Positions 10,553 to 21,641 of a stretch of 64,000 bases of DNA are shown here, one piece after another. Origin of the DNA: Robiginitomaculum sp. (GTDB lineage Bacteria; Pseudomonadota; Alphaproteobacteria; Caulobacterales; Maricaulaceae); NCBI GenBank assembly GCA_021776565.1, contig JAJFFQ010000065.1, forward strand, positions 3,358 to 67,357, read 5' to 3'. The first letter of the stretch is position 1. Every line of letters begins with the position of its first letter. The notes beneath the pieces were generated by a model that searched no databases, was not told the origin of the DNA, and saw nothing but the letters and a program-made list of their open reading frames with translations. The position numbers were made by a program, and so were the translations under genes.

Positions 10553-11641
10553 CTAGTAATTGATTGCCGGGCTGCCGGCGGGATAAAACGCACCCATCAG
10601 ACGTAGCCCATTAGGGTCAGTACATTCCAGAGAGTGTCCCTGACGTTTGCTCAGGAATATCACATCGCCCGGCTTTACCGGCGCCCGGCAATGTTCCGTC
10701 CACATCATTCCCTCCCCGGAAAGAATAACGATGGCTTCCTCATAAAGATGGCGGTGAAACGCGGCGCGGGACAAGGGAACTTCGCCAATAAACTGGGTGA
10801 TTTGCCTGGAGCCAACCAGATCATCCACCAATACCTGAAAAAAACGATCGGCCATGACATTGGCTTTTTCATTATCGACGCCAACCCGGCGCTCGGCAAA
10901 TTTACGATCAAACCGGCTATCAGGGCCATTTGGGGGGGCATCGGGCCAACTCATCGTGCCGTTATGGGGGCAAATTGCCGCCATGATTGTCATGCTTGTT
11001 TCTGCCTGAATTTGAAATGCTTCGCCCGATTTCACATAAATGCCGGTCTCTGGCCCGACTTTAAATATCTTACCTTCTATGTTGATATGCCCGTTACCGG
11101 AGATCACAAACAGCACCGTGTCGCTGTCCTCATGGCGTCGCCAGGGCGAAATTCCGGGGTTTGCAAGCATGCGCAAAAGGCCGAGATGTTTTGCCCCGTG
11201 TCTGGCCCCGATCAGGGTTTGACAAGCCAGTGTGCCGTTATGTTCATCTTGCGCCGGGTCAGGCGTTAGCACATAGGCGCCACCGTCCAGTATGGCCTTG
11301 CCGCCGCTTTTGGGATCACGCTCGACCAGTTTGGCATCGCTCATGGTCGCGATTTCATCTGCGCTGGCTTCTTCATAGGTGTCTTGAAGATTGTTGTGCG
11401 CCCCATCGCAAAAGGGGCCAGCGCGGGTGCGCTTGCAGGCACATAAAAGTACATCTTCGGATTTGTCGGCAACAAACATTAACGGCGTAAACTTTGTTCC
11501 CGCATGAGAGCCATCGCAAAAGGGTTGCTTTTTGCTGCGCCCGCATGAGCACCAGAAATACCGCTTGCCTTCTTCCAGCGAAACAAGACATGGCTTGTAC
11601 GCCGCGATAACTGGTTCATTATTTTTAATATCACTGGTCAT
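10553..11641 (-). CDS. fusion protein: two CDGSH iron-sulfur motifs followed by a bicupin
   Basis: CSCGRSKKQPFCDGSH and CACKRTRAGPFCDGAH lie in the first ~85 aa. Two cupin barrels follow; the second carries an HxH...E metal motif (AAFHRHLYEEAIVILSGEG ... GDVIFLSKRQGHSLEC). Confidence 0.75.
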   Translation of the reverse strand: MTSDIKNNEPVIAAYKPCLVSLEEGKRYFWCSCGRSKKQPFCDGSHAGTKFTPLMFVADKSEDVLLCACKRTRAGPFCDGAHNNLQDTYEEASADEIATMSDAKLVERDPKSGGKAILDGGAYVLTPDPAQDEHNGTLACQTLIGARHGAKHLGLLRMLANPGISPWRRHEDSDTVLFVISGNGHINIEGKIFKVGPETGIYVKSGEAFQIQAETSMTIMAAICPHNGTMSWPDAPPNGPDSRFDRKFAERRVGVDNEKANVMADRFFQVLVDDLVGSRQITQFIGEVPLSRAAFHRHLYEEAIVILSGEGMMWTEHCRAPVKPGDVIFLSKRQGHSLECTDPNGLRLMGAFYPAGSPAINY

Positions 11642-11796
11642 GCAAATGTTTTAGGTCTTAAAGCGCGTTTGTGCTATCTAAAAATATGCTTCTAAGTTCA
11701 ATAAATGGTGAGAGAATGGCAATAATTATACGCTTCATCGGATTGGTTAGTTTTGCCGTGCTGATCTTGTCAAACACGGCATGAAATCTGGCACCG

Positions 11797-12654
11797 ATGA
11801 CTGAGGCAAATAAAACCGCGCTGGAGCGCGAATACTCACCAAGTTCTCGCGTGGACGATATTGGTGTTTTTATTGACGAATATATCCGGCAAAGCGCGCA
11901 TATGCGCGAAGCCTACGCCGCCAATTTATATGAAAACCTGCATTATGGTGATGCGCCCCGGGCGATGATGGATATTTTTGTACCAAAGGGTGCTGGCCCG
12001 TTTCCGGTTCATGTTTTCATCCATGGCGGTTATTGGCAGGCGCTTTCCAAAATCGAGAGCATTTTTGCGGCAAAGAATTTCCTGGATCAAGGCATCATTT
12101 TTATTGCCCTTGGTTACACATTGGCCCCCAAGGCAAATTTGGCACAAATCACCCAGGAAGCCCGCGCCGGCGCGCTTTGGGTATTACACGAAATTGCCCG
12201 ATTTGGCGGTGATCCACACTACATAACCATGTCCGGTCATTCTGCCGGAGCGCATTTGCTGGCCGAAATTATTGCCATGGATTGGCCAGATGCCGGGTTT
12301 GCAAAATGTCCACTGGCCGGGGCAACATTGATTAGCGGTGTTTATGATCTGCGTCCCCTGGTGCAGACCTATATCAATGATGCCCTTGGGATGAGCGCAG
12401 AAGATGCGGCTATGGCCAGCCCGCTATTGCACCTCCCACAAAGCGCCTGCCCGTTGATTTTCACCCATGGCGATAATGAAACCAATGCCTTCAAAGCGCA
12501 AACCAGAACCTTTCGCAAAGCCCTGCAAGAGAAGGGTATTGAGAGTGATTATCTGTCCATGGCGGGTTTCAACCATTTCGACATTATTCTGGAACTGGCT
12601 AATCCGGCCAGCCCATTATTTGCTGCTATCATGCAGCAAATGGAGGTCAGGTAA
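11797..12654 (+). CDS. alpha/beta-hydrolase arylformamidase (kynurenine formamidase, AFMID-type)
   Basis: HGGYW oxyanion motif and nucleophile elbow GHSAGAHL. It is convergent with kynureninase, with an 8-nt 3' overlap. Confidence 0.7.
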   Translation: MTEANKTALEREYSPSSRVDDIGVFIDEYIRQSAHMREAYAANLYENLHYGDAPRAMMDIFVPKGAGPFPVHVFIHGGYWQALSKIESIFAAKNFLDQGIIFIALGYTLAPKANLAQITQEARAGALWVLHEIARFGGDPHYITMSGHSAGAHLLAEIIAMDWPDAGFAKCPLAGATLISGVYDLRPLVQTYINDALGMSAEDAAMASPLLHLPQSACPLIFTHGDNETNAFKAQTRTFRKALQEKGIESDYLSMAGFNHFDIILELANPASPLFAAIMQQMEVR

Positions 12655-13885
12655 CGCTTTCACGTGTGGCAAAGCGCGGGTTTTGCCACAGTTTCCTGTC
12701 CATGACAGCTTTTATGCCTTGCACGGCGTCCCACACGTCCTGATAGCGGGTATAAAGCGGCGTCAGGCCAAAACGCATTATGTCGGGCGCACGAAAATCA
12801 CCAATAATGCGCGCCTCTATCAAGGCCTTCATAATGGCATAGCCATGGGGATGGGAAAAGGCGACCTGGCTACCCCGGATCGTCGCTTCTTTTGGGCTAA
12901 TCAGACTAAACCCATACTCGGCACAGTATTCACTCATGAGGGCGATAAACATATCCCCAAGCGCCATGGATTTTTCCCGTATCAGCGTCATATCAGCACG
13001 CAGCATCATATCAATGCCGGTTTCCAGTGCGCCAAGCGATAATATGGGCTGTGTGCCGCTCATCAATTGGCGAATATCCCGGGCCGGGCGGTAATCATGT
13101 TCAAAGGCAAATGGATCATCATGGCTCCACCAGCCGGTTAGCGGCTGTATGGCTTTGTCCAGATGGCGCTTTGCCGCATAAAGGAACGCTGGTGCGCCTG
13201 GGCCACCGTTGAGATATTTATAGCCACAGCCAACGGCAAAATCTGCCTTGGCTGCGCCCAGATCGACCGGCAGAGCACCGGCGCTATGGCACAGATCCCA
13301 GCACATCAGGGCACCGGCTTTGTGGGTGCGTTCTGTGATCTCGTTCATATCATAAACATGGCCGGTTTTATAATGCACCTGGGTGAGGGCGACGACGGCA
13401 ATCTCGGGGGTGATATGCGCGGCAAAATTATCTCGTTCTGCAAAACGCACTTCATGGCCCCGGCCTAGCTGGCGGACAAGTCCCTGGGCAATGTAATTAT
13501 CGGTGGGAAAATTACTGCCCTCCATCAAAATCACTTTGCGATCAGGGCGTAAATCAAGAGCCATGGACAGAAGCTTATAAAGATTGATCCCGGTGCTATC
13601 GGTGACCAGGACTTCATCGTCCCGGGCGCCGATCAATCTGGCAATCTTTGCCCCGATGCGTGTCGGTAAATCAAACCAGCCATTGGTATTCCAGCTGGTG
13701 ATGAGATCCTGCGCCCATTCTTTTGACACAAGCGTTTCAATGCGTTGCCTTGCGACACGGGGCATAGCGCCCAGTGAATTACCATCAAGGTAAATCACGC
13801 CGTCTGGCAGGATGAACTCATCGCGAAATGAGCGCAGCGGGTCGGAAGAGTCATGAGCCAAAAAGGTTTCGCGGATTAGCGGCAT
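12647..13885 (-). CDS. kynU: kynureninase
   Basis: MPLIRETFLAHDSSDPLRSFRDEFILPDGVIYLDGNSLGAMP and the PLP-lysine region GCGYKYLNGGPGAPAF. ATG 13885 has GGGGGA upstream; the track start at 13900 is TTG. Confidence 0.9.
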   Translation of the reverse strand: MPLIRETFLAHDSSDPLRSFRDEFILPDGVIYLDGNSLGAMPRVARQRIETLVSKEWAQDLITSWNTNGWFDLPTRIGAKIARLIGARDDEVLVTDSTGINLYKLLSMALDLRPDRKVILMEGSNFPTDNYIAQGLVRQLGRGHEVRFAERDNFAAHITPEIAVVALTQVHYKTGHVYDMNEITERTHKAGALMCWDLCHSAGALPVDLGAAKADFAVGCGYKYLNGGPGAPAFLYAAKRHLDKAIQPLTGWWSHDDPFAFEHDYRPARDIRQLMSGTQPILSLGALETGIDMMLRADMTLIREKSMALGDMFIALMSEYCAEYGFSLISPKEATIRGSQVAFSHPHGYAIMKALIEARIIGDFRAPDIMRFGLTPLYTRYQDVWDAVQGIKAVMDRKLWQNPRFATRESVT

Positions 13886-13973
13886 GGGATCGTCCCCCAA
13901 GTCAAAACCAGATGGCTAACACATCCTGATAAATTGCACCATTATAGTTGTGCCTGAGCGAGTGAGGATAAGT

Positions 13974-14152
13974 GTGCTCATATAGCGAAGCGATAGCACA
14001 AGAATCACGTGCTCATATAGCGAAGCAATAGCACAAGAATCACGTGCTCATATAGCGAAGCGATAGCACAAGAATCACGTGCTCATATAGCGAAGCGATA
14101 GCACAAGAATCACGTGCTCATCTAGCGAAGTTTACCGTCGCGATAGTACAAG
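13974..14152. repeat. tandem array of a 35-bp unit (4 near-identical copies plus 1 degenerate copy)
   Basis: GTGCTCATATAGCGAAGCGATAGCACAAGAATCAC occurs at 13974, 14009 (1 mismatch), 14044 and 14079. A fifth copy at 14114 has a 1-nt change, a ~10-nt insertion and a diverged tail. Each junction forms CACGTG. Confidence 0.95.
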
Positions 14153-14266
14153 TAAATAAGGGTCAAATGAATATCAATTGTGGGACAAGTTTTGTACCAT
14201 AAGAGTCAGCTAGGGGTCAGGCCGTGACTCTTGAGCATGTGAATGGTGATAAAGGATTGGTTATCC

Positions 14267-14312
14267 CCAACACAGCGTCATTGCGGCGAAGGCCGCAATG
14301 ACGCTGTGTTGG
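14267..14312. repeat. perfect 21-bp-stem hairpin (REP-like, GTCATTGC...GCAATGAC core)
   Basis: CCAACACAGCGTCATTGCGGC-gaag-GCCGCAATGACGCTGTGTTGG. There is no U-run on either strand, so it is not a classic terminator. Confidence 0.9.
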
Positions 14313-14394
14313 CGTTTCTATTTTACCAGATATTTCCCAGAACTTATCCAACTCTGGCGCTCATGGAGTATGATTATGACACGTCGGAGTCATC

Positions 14395-14417
14395 CATGCT
14401 TCGACAAGCTCAGCATG
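14395..14417. repeat. REP unit with a TTCGACAAGCTCAG core
   Basis: CATGCTtcgacaagctcAGCATG. The same core recurs at 45549-45562 and, inverted, at 52471-52484. Confidence 0.7.
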
Positions 14418-14507
14418 AGGGTGGAAATAGTAACAAACACCTCATGGTTCGGGGTTTCGTCTTAGCAATCGTCTCGAAGCATGGAGAGTTTCGTGAAAGG
14501 AAAAGAC

Positions 14508-16199
14508 TTAGGCTCCCTCGGCAATCATGGCTTCGCGCAGGGCTTTTTTGGCAATTTTACCAGAGGCAATGCGGGGCAGGGCTTCATCATGAAACACCAT
14601 GATCGAGGGGGTTTTAAAGGCTGCCAGATGCGCGGCCAGATCAGCCATCAGTTTTTGTGCATCCAGGCCGCTATCCGGGCGGGCATAGATCACACTTGCC
14701 ACCACTTCGCCAAGGCGCGCATGGGGCAGACCAAAAACCGTGGCTTCCAGCACGTCCGGGTGCGCACAAATGGCGGCTTCGACTTCCAGTGTGGCAATGT
14801 TTTCGCCGCCCCTGATGATTATATCCTTGATACGATCAACAACATAAAAATAGCCATCCTCGTCCTTGATGCCCACATCGCCGGTGCATAGCCAGCCGTC
14901 CTTAAAGGCCTCGGCTGTGGCATCTGGCTGGTTCCAGTAACCGCGAATGTTGGCCGCCGACTTGATGCAAATTTCACCGCGTTCACCCATAGGAACTTCA
15001 TTGCCTTGCGGGTCGCGGATTTGCATTTCCACAATAGGTCGTGGTGGTTTGCCAATGCTGGAGGGGCGCGCAAGGTAATCATCGCCGGCAATAATTGAGC
15101 CAATGCCATTGGTTTCGGTCAGGCCATAACCGGCCAGCGGTTTTGCCTGCTCAAGCATGTCATCAAGAGGTTTAACTTGGTCAGGTGGGCGCGCCGCACC
15201 GCCGGCACCAAGATCATTCAGGCTGGAAAGGTCATAATCGTCACGATTGGGGGCGTTCATCAGATCGGCGGTCATGGTCGGCACACCGGTAAGCGAGGTT
15301 ACGCGCTCTTTTTCGATAAGGCGCATGGCCACATTCACATCCCATTTGCGCATGAGTATCATCTTGCGAGCCGCGACAATGGAGACAAGAAAAATCACCA
15401 CACAACCGGTAACGTGAAACAGGGGAATGGTTTGCAGAACAATAGGTTGCGGGCCGTCTTTGCCCGGGATTTCCCCGCGTGCACTTTGCATGGCAAGGCC
15501 CATCAACGCATAACCAAGAATACCGGTTATGACTCCCCGATTGGTCGAAACCGCTCCCTTTGGATGACCGGTAGAGCCAGATGTATACATCAATGTGGCG
15601 TCATCTTCAGGGTCAATATCAACCTCTGGCGGTGTCGTTTCATTTCGGCTGGCCAACAGGGCGTCATAATCCAGCAGACGCGGGTGTGTGTGGTCAAACT
15701 CACCGCTGACTATCAGGGTAAAATCCTGTGTTCCCAGTAATGGAGCGATGTTTTTTGCCCGCCGTGGATCTGCAAGAATAATTTTGGCACCGCTATCTTC
15801 AATAGCATAGGCGATCTCCTCGGTTCCCCACCAGGAATTTAACGGCGTTGCCACCGCCCCGGCCAGCAAGGCACCGATAAAGCCGATAACCCATTCAGGG
15901 CGATTGCGCATGGAAATGGCAACCTTGTCGCCTTTTTGAATACCCAGCTCGACAAGTACATGGGCAAACCGCGCCGAAGCCTCATAGGTTTGGCGAAAAC
16001 TCATGCGCATATCATTTTCAACAAGAAAGGGCAGATCGTCATGTTGCAACATCATGCCAAACAGATCGCGTAAACTGTCCGGGGCTTTGGCAAATACGGC
16101 ATATTCAACGCCGTCAATGGTCTCGCGATCAACGGCCAGGTCGGCTTCTGGTGCGGTGGCGGCGGCAATGAACGCCTCAAAATGATCGATAAAACTCAT
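14508..16199 (-). CDS. AMP-dependent acyl-CoA synthetase/ligase (aryl-CoA ligase candidate)
   Basis: Adenylate-forming motifs are present (MYTSGSTGHPKGAV, GYGLTETNG, GWLCTGDVG, IASGKIAKK). Confidence 0.9.
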   Translation of the reverse strand: MSFIDHFEAFIAAATAPEADLAVDRETIDGVEYAVFAKAPDSLRDLFGMMLQHDDLPFLVENDMRMSFRQTYEASARFAHVLVELGIQKGDKVAISMRNRPEWVIGFIGALLAGAVATPLNSWWGTEEIAYAIEDSGAKIILADPRRAKNIAPLLGTQDFTLIVSGEFDHTHPRLLDYDALLASRNETTPPEVDIDPEDDATLMYTSGSTGHPKGAVSTNRGVITGILGYALMGLAMQSARGEIPGKDGPQPIVLQTIPLFHVTGCVVIFLVSIVAARKMILMRKWDVNVAMRLIEKERVTSLTGVPTMTADLMNAPNRDDYDLSSLNDLGAGGAARPPDQVKPLDDMLEQAKPLAGYGLTETNGIGSIIAGDDYLARPSSIGKPPRPIVEMQIRDPQGNEVPMGERGEICIKSAANIRGYWNQPDATAEAFKDGWLCTGDVGIKDEDGYFYVVDRIKDIIIRGGENIATLEVEAAICAHPDVLEATVFGLPHARLGEVVASVIYARPDSGLDAQKLMADLAAHLAAFKTPSIMVFHDEALPRIASGKIAKKALREAMIAEGA

Positions 16200-16286
16200 A
16201 CTCTACCCCTGCTGTTTTTTTCTGATTTTTACAGGAAATTTTGCCGGGTGAAAGCGATTTTAGTGTTTTTACAGGTTTATTTTGCC

Positions 16287-17717
16287 TCAAGCACCTATAA
16301 CCGCTTTGGTTTCCAGATATTCCTCAAAGCCAAAGGCACCCCATTCACGCCCGTTGCCGGACTGTTTATAGCCACCAAATGGTGCCGACATATCAATACC
16401 AGTACCATTCAAGATCACTTGTCCGGCCCGCATTTGCGCGGCCATTTTGGCAACGCGCGTCGCATCACCACCTGAAATATAGGCGGCCAGCCCATAGGGC
16501 GTGTCATTGGCAATGCGCACAGCATCGGTGTCATCATCATAGCCGATCAGCACCAGTACCGGGCCAAACACCTCCTCGCGGGCAATGCGCATGTCGTTGG
16601 TGACATCGGCAAACACCGTGGGGCGCACATAATAACCACGGTTAAGGCCTTCAGGCCGTCCCGGGCCACCGGCCACGACCCGTGCGCCTTCCTTTATGCC
16701 GATCTCGATCAGTCCTTGTATCTTGTTCCATTGATTGCCCGAGATCACCGGCCCCATCACCATGCCATCGTCGCCCGGATCAGCGACCAATACTGCGCTG
16801 GCCGTGGCGGCGGCAATAGTTGCGGCCTCGTCCATACGTGCCGCCGGAACCAGCATGCGCGACGGGGCGTTACAGCTTTGGCCCGAATTGATGCACATGC
16901 TTTGCATCCCGCCCGATACGGCTTTGGCAAAGGCGTCACCGTGCAGGTCATCAAGAATGATGTTGGCAGATTTGCCGCCAAGCTCCTGACTGACGCGTTT
17001 GATGGTTGGCGCAGCGGCGCGGGCCACCTCGATCCCCGCGCGGGTGGAGCCGGTAAACGACACCATGTCGATCCCGGGGTGGGCTGAAATGGCCGCCCCG
17101 ACACCCGGGCCATCCCCATGCACCAGATTGACCACGCCAGCAGGAACCTCGGCCTCGTGCAGTATTTCCATCAAAATCTGTGCTGAATACGGGGACAGCT
17201 CGGATGGTTTCCACACACTGGTACAACCGGTGGCCAGCGCCGGGGCCAGCTTGCAGGCGATCTGGTTGATCGGCCAGTTCCACGGGGTGATAAGCCCGCA
17301 AACGCCTATGGGTTCACGGCGCAGGGTGTGATCGCCGTGTTGGTGTTCAAATTCAAAAGTTTCAAGAACTTTGGCGGCTTGCGCGAAATGCGCCAGTCCC
17401 GATCCAGCCTGTCCGGTGCCAGCTAGCCATTTTGGCACCCCCATTTCCAGGGTCATAGCCTTGGCCAGATCGCCCATCCGGGCCTGATAACCAGCAATGA
17501 TGGCCTGAAGGAGCGCCAGACGGTCTTTCCGGCTTGTCCGGGAGAACGACTCAAATGCGCGTGTTGCCGCCTTAACCGCACGGTCAACATCATCTTGCTC
17601 GCCAAGGGCGACGCTGCCACTGGGTTCCTCACCGGCCGGGTTGATAACCGCCATGGTGCGTTTTCCGGTCGGTGCCACCCATTGGCCGTCAATATAAAAC
17701 TGTTTGATTTCACGCAT
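16287..17717 (-). CDS. NAD(P)+-dependent aldehyde dehydrogenase
   Basis: ALDH motifs are present (VSFTGSTRAG, ELGGKSANII, catalytic Cys region NSGQSCNAPSR). I chose ATG 17717 (MREIKQFYIDGQWV), which is the typical ALDH N-terminus. Confidence 0.9.
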   Translation of the reverse strand: MREIKQFYIDGQWVAPTGKRTMAVINPAGEEPSGSVALGEQDDVDRAVKAATRAFESFSRTSRKDRLALLQAIIAGYQARMGDLAKAMTLEMGVPKWLAGTGQAGSGLAHFAQAAKVLETFEFEHQHGDHTLRREPIGVCGLITPWNWPINQIACKLAPALATGCTSVWKPSELSPYSAQILMEILHEAEVPAGVVNLVHGDGPGVGAAISAHPGIDMVSFTGSTRAGIEVARAAAPTIKRVSQELGGKSANIILDDLHGDAFAKAVSGGMQSMCINSGQSCNAPSRMLVPAARMDEAATIAAATASAVLVADPGDDGMVMGPVISGNQWNKIQGLIEIGIKEGARVVAGGPGRPEGLNRGYYVRPTVFADVTNDMRIAREEVFGPVLVLIGYDDDTDAVRIANDTPYGLAAYISGGDATRVAKMAAQMRAGQVILNGTGIDMSAPFGGYKQSGNGREWGAFGFEEYLETKAVIGA

Positions 17718-17944
17718 TTGCACTGTCCCCAGATTGGATGTAGTGGGCAGAATAACGCGGCAAAAAGATGACGCAAGTGCGGCTGTTATGGGAGCGGCAA
17801 ATCGCGTTGACTTGGGGGCCGTCATGGCTATAGTGCGCCGCTCGCTGCCCAAGGCTTATGCTTTGAGGTGTGCGATGCTATGAGATTTTGGGAAAACCCG
17901 ATACGGCTGGCTTTGGCCTTGCTGTTTGAAGAATGAGAAAAACA

Positions 17945-18541
17945 ATGTTCGCGGTAATTAAAACTGGTGGCAAGCAATATAAAGTCGCCAAAAATGACGT
18001 GCTGATTATCGAAAAACTTGACGTTAAAGACGGTGAAGCGGTTGTCTTTGACCAGGTTCTGATGATGGGTGATGGTGATAACATCACTGTGGGTTCGCCG
18101 GTTATTGAGGGTGCGCAAGTGCGTGCAGAACTTTTGGAAACCCGCAAGGGTGCCAAAATCATCGTTTTCAAGATGAAACGTCGCAAGGATTATCGCCGCA
18201 CCAAAGGTCATCGCCAGTTTGAAACGGTGGTTCGTGTGACCGATATTCTGGCCAAGGGTGCCAAACCTGCTGCGGCCAAAAAGGCGGCTGCCAAGCCAGC
18301 CACAGAGAAAAAAACCGAAGCTAAACCGGTTGCGGCTAAAAAGGTAGCGGCTACGAAACCTGCAACTGCCAAGAAAGCTCCTGCTAAAAAGGCTGCGACG
18401 GCGAAACCTGCAACTGCCAAGAAAGCTCCTGCTAAAAAGGCTGTTACAAAGAAACCAGCCGCCGCCAAAAAATCGGCAACGGCCAAAAAAGCTGTTGCAA
18501 AGCCCGTGGCAAAAAAAGCCGCTTCCGCTAAGAAGGACTAA
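17945..18541 (+). CDS. rplU: 50S ribosomal protein L21 with a ~95-aa Ala/Lys/Pro-rich C-terminal tail
   Basis: [25 protein letters not shown] is a canonical L21 core, followed by [13 protein letters not shown]...KKAASAKKD repeats. Confidence 0.9.
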   Translation: MFAVIKTGGKQYKVAKNDVLIIEKLDVKDGEAVVFDQVLMMGDGDNITVGSPVIEGAQVRAELLETRKGAKIIVFKMKRRKDYRRTKGHRQFETVVRVTDILAKGAKPAAAKKAAAKPATEKKTEAKPVAAKKVAATKPATAKKAPAKKAATAKPATAKKAPAKKAVTKKPAAAKKSATAKKAVAKPVAKKAASAKKD

Positions 18542-18546
18542 AGACT

Positions 18547-18810
18547 ATGGCACACAAAAAAGCTGGCGGTTCATCCCGCAATGGTCGCGATAGCGCGGGC
18601 CGTCGTCTTGGCGTTAAAAAGTTTGGCGGCGAGAACGTTATTCCCGGCAATATCATTATTCGCCAACGGGGTACCAAGGTCTATCCGGGTGACAATGTTG
18701 GGATGGGCAAGGATCACACCCTGTTTGCGCTAGAAAAAGGCAAAATTCAGTTTTCGCGCAAAAAGAATGATCGCTCCTATGTATCGGTTGTGCCGACAAG
18801 CGCAAAATAA
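18547..18810 (+). CDS. rpmA: 50S ribosomal protein L27
   Basis: [28 protein letters not shown] is the canonical L27 sequence. Confidence 0.95.
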   Translation: MAHKKAGGSSRNGRDSAGRRLGVKKFGGENVIPGNIIIRQRGTKVYPGDNVGMGKDHTLFALEKGKIQFSRKKNDRSYVSVVPTSAK

Positions 18811-18854
18811 AGCGGCGGAACAAGCCGCTTTGATGGTGGCCTGGAAGTTTTCAA

Positions 18855-18886
18855 AAGGGAGATGGCTGGGCCGTCTCCCTTTTTTG
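18855..18886 (+). terminator. rho-independent terminator after rpmA
   Basis: AAGGGAGATGG-ctggg-CCGTCTCCCTT followed by a T-run. A weaker hairpin lies at 18811-18829. Confidence 0.6.
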
Positions 18887-18901
18887 TTCATGGAGGACGC
18901 C

Positions 18902-21637
<2,736 letters not shown>

Positions 21638-21641
<4 letters not shown>

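Noticed and set aside
11716-11784. A 22-codon hydrophobic micro-ORF (MAIIIRFIGLVSFAVLILSNTA) ending 13 nt before the formamidase start
   Set aside because: It could be a leader peptide or small membrane peptide. The SD is weak, conservation cannot be checked here, it has no Trp codons and there is no attenuator-like terminator. The evidence is too thin to annotate.
13974-14152. Possible CRISPR array, because of regularly repeated 35-bp units
   Set aside because: The units are directly adjacent with no unique spacers, and no cas genes are nearby. It is a simple tandem repeat.
14243-14602. A 119-aa ORF in the kynU-ligase intergenic region
   Set aside because: It crosses the 21-bp-stem hairpin and a REP unit (phantom SSMLRQAQHEGG peptide) and runs into the ligase 3' end. 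It is not credible as a gene.
18208-18486. A 92-aa minus-strand ORF rich in Ala/Phe/Leu
   Set aside because: It is the antisense reading of the low-complexity AKKA-repeat tail of rplU and is an artefact.
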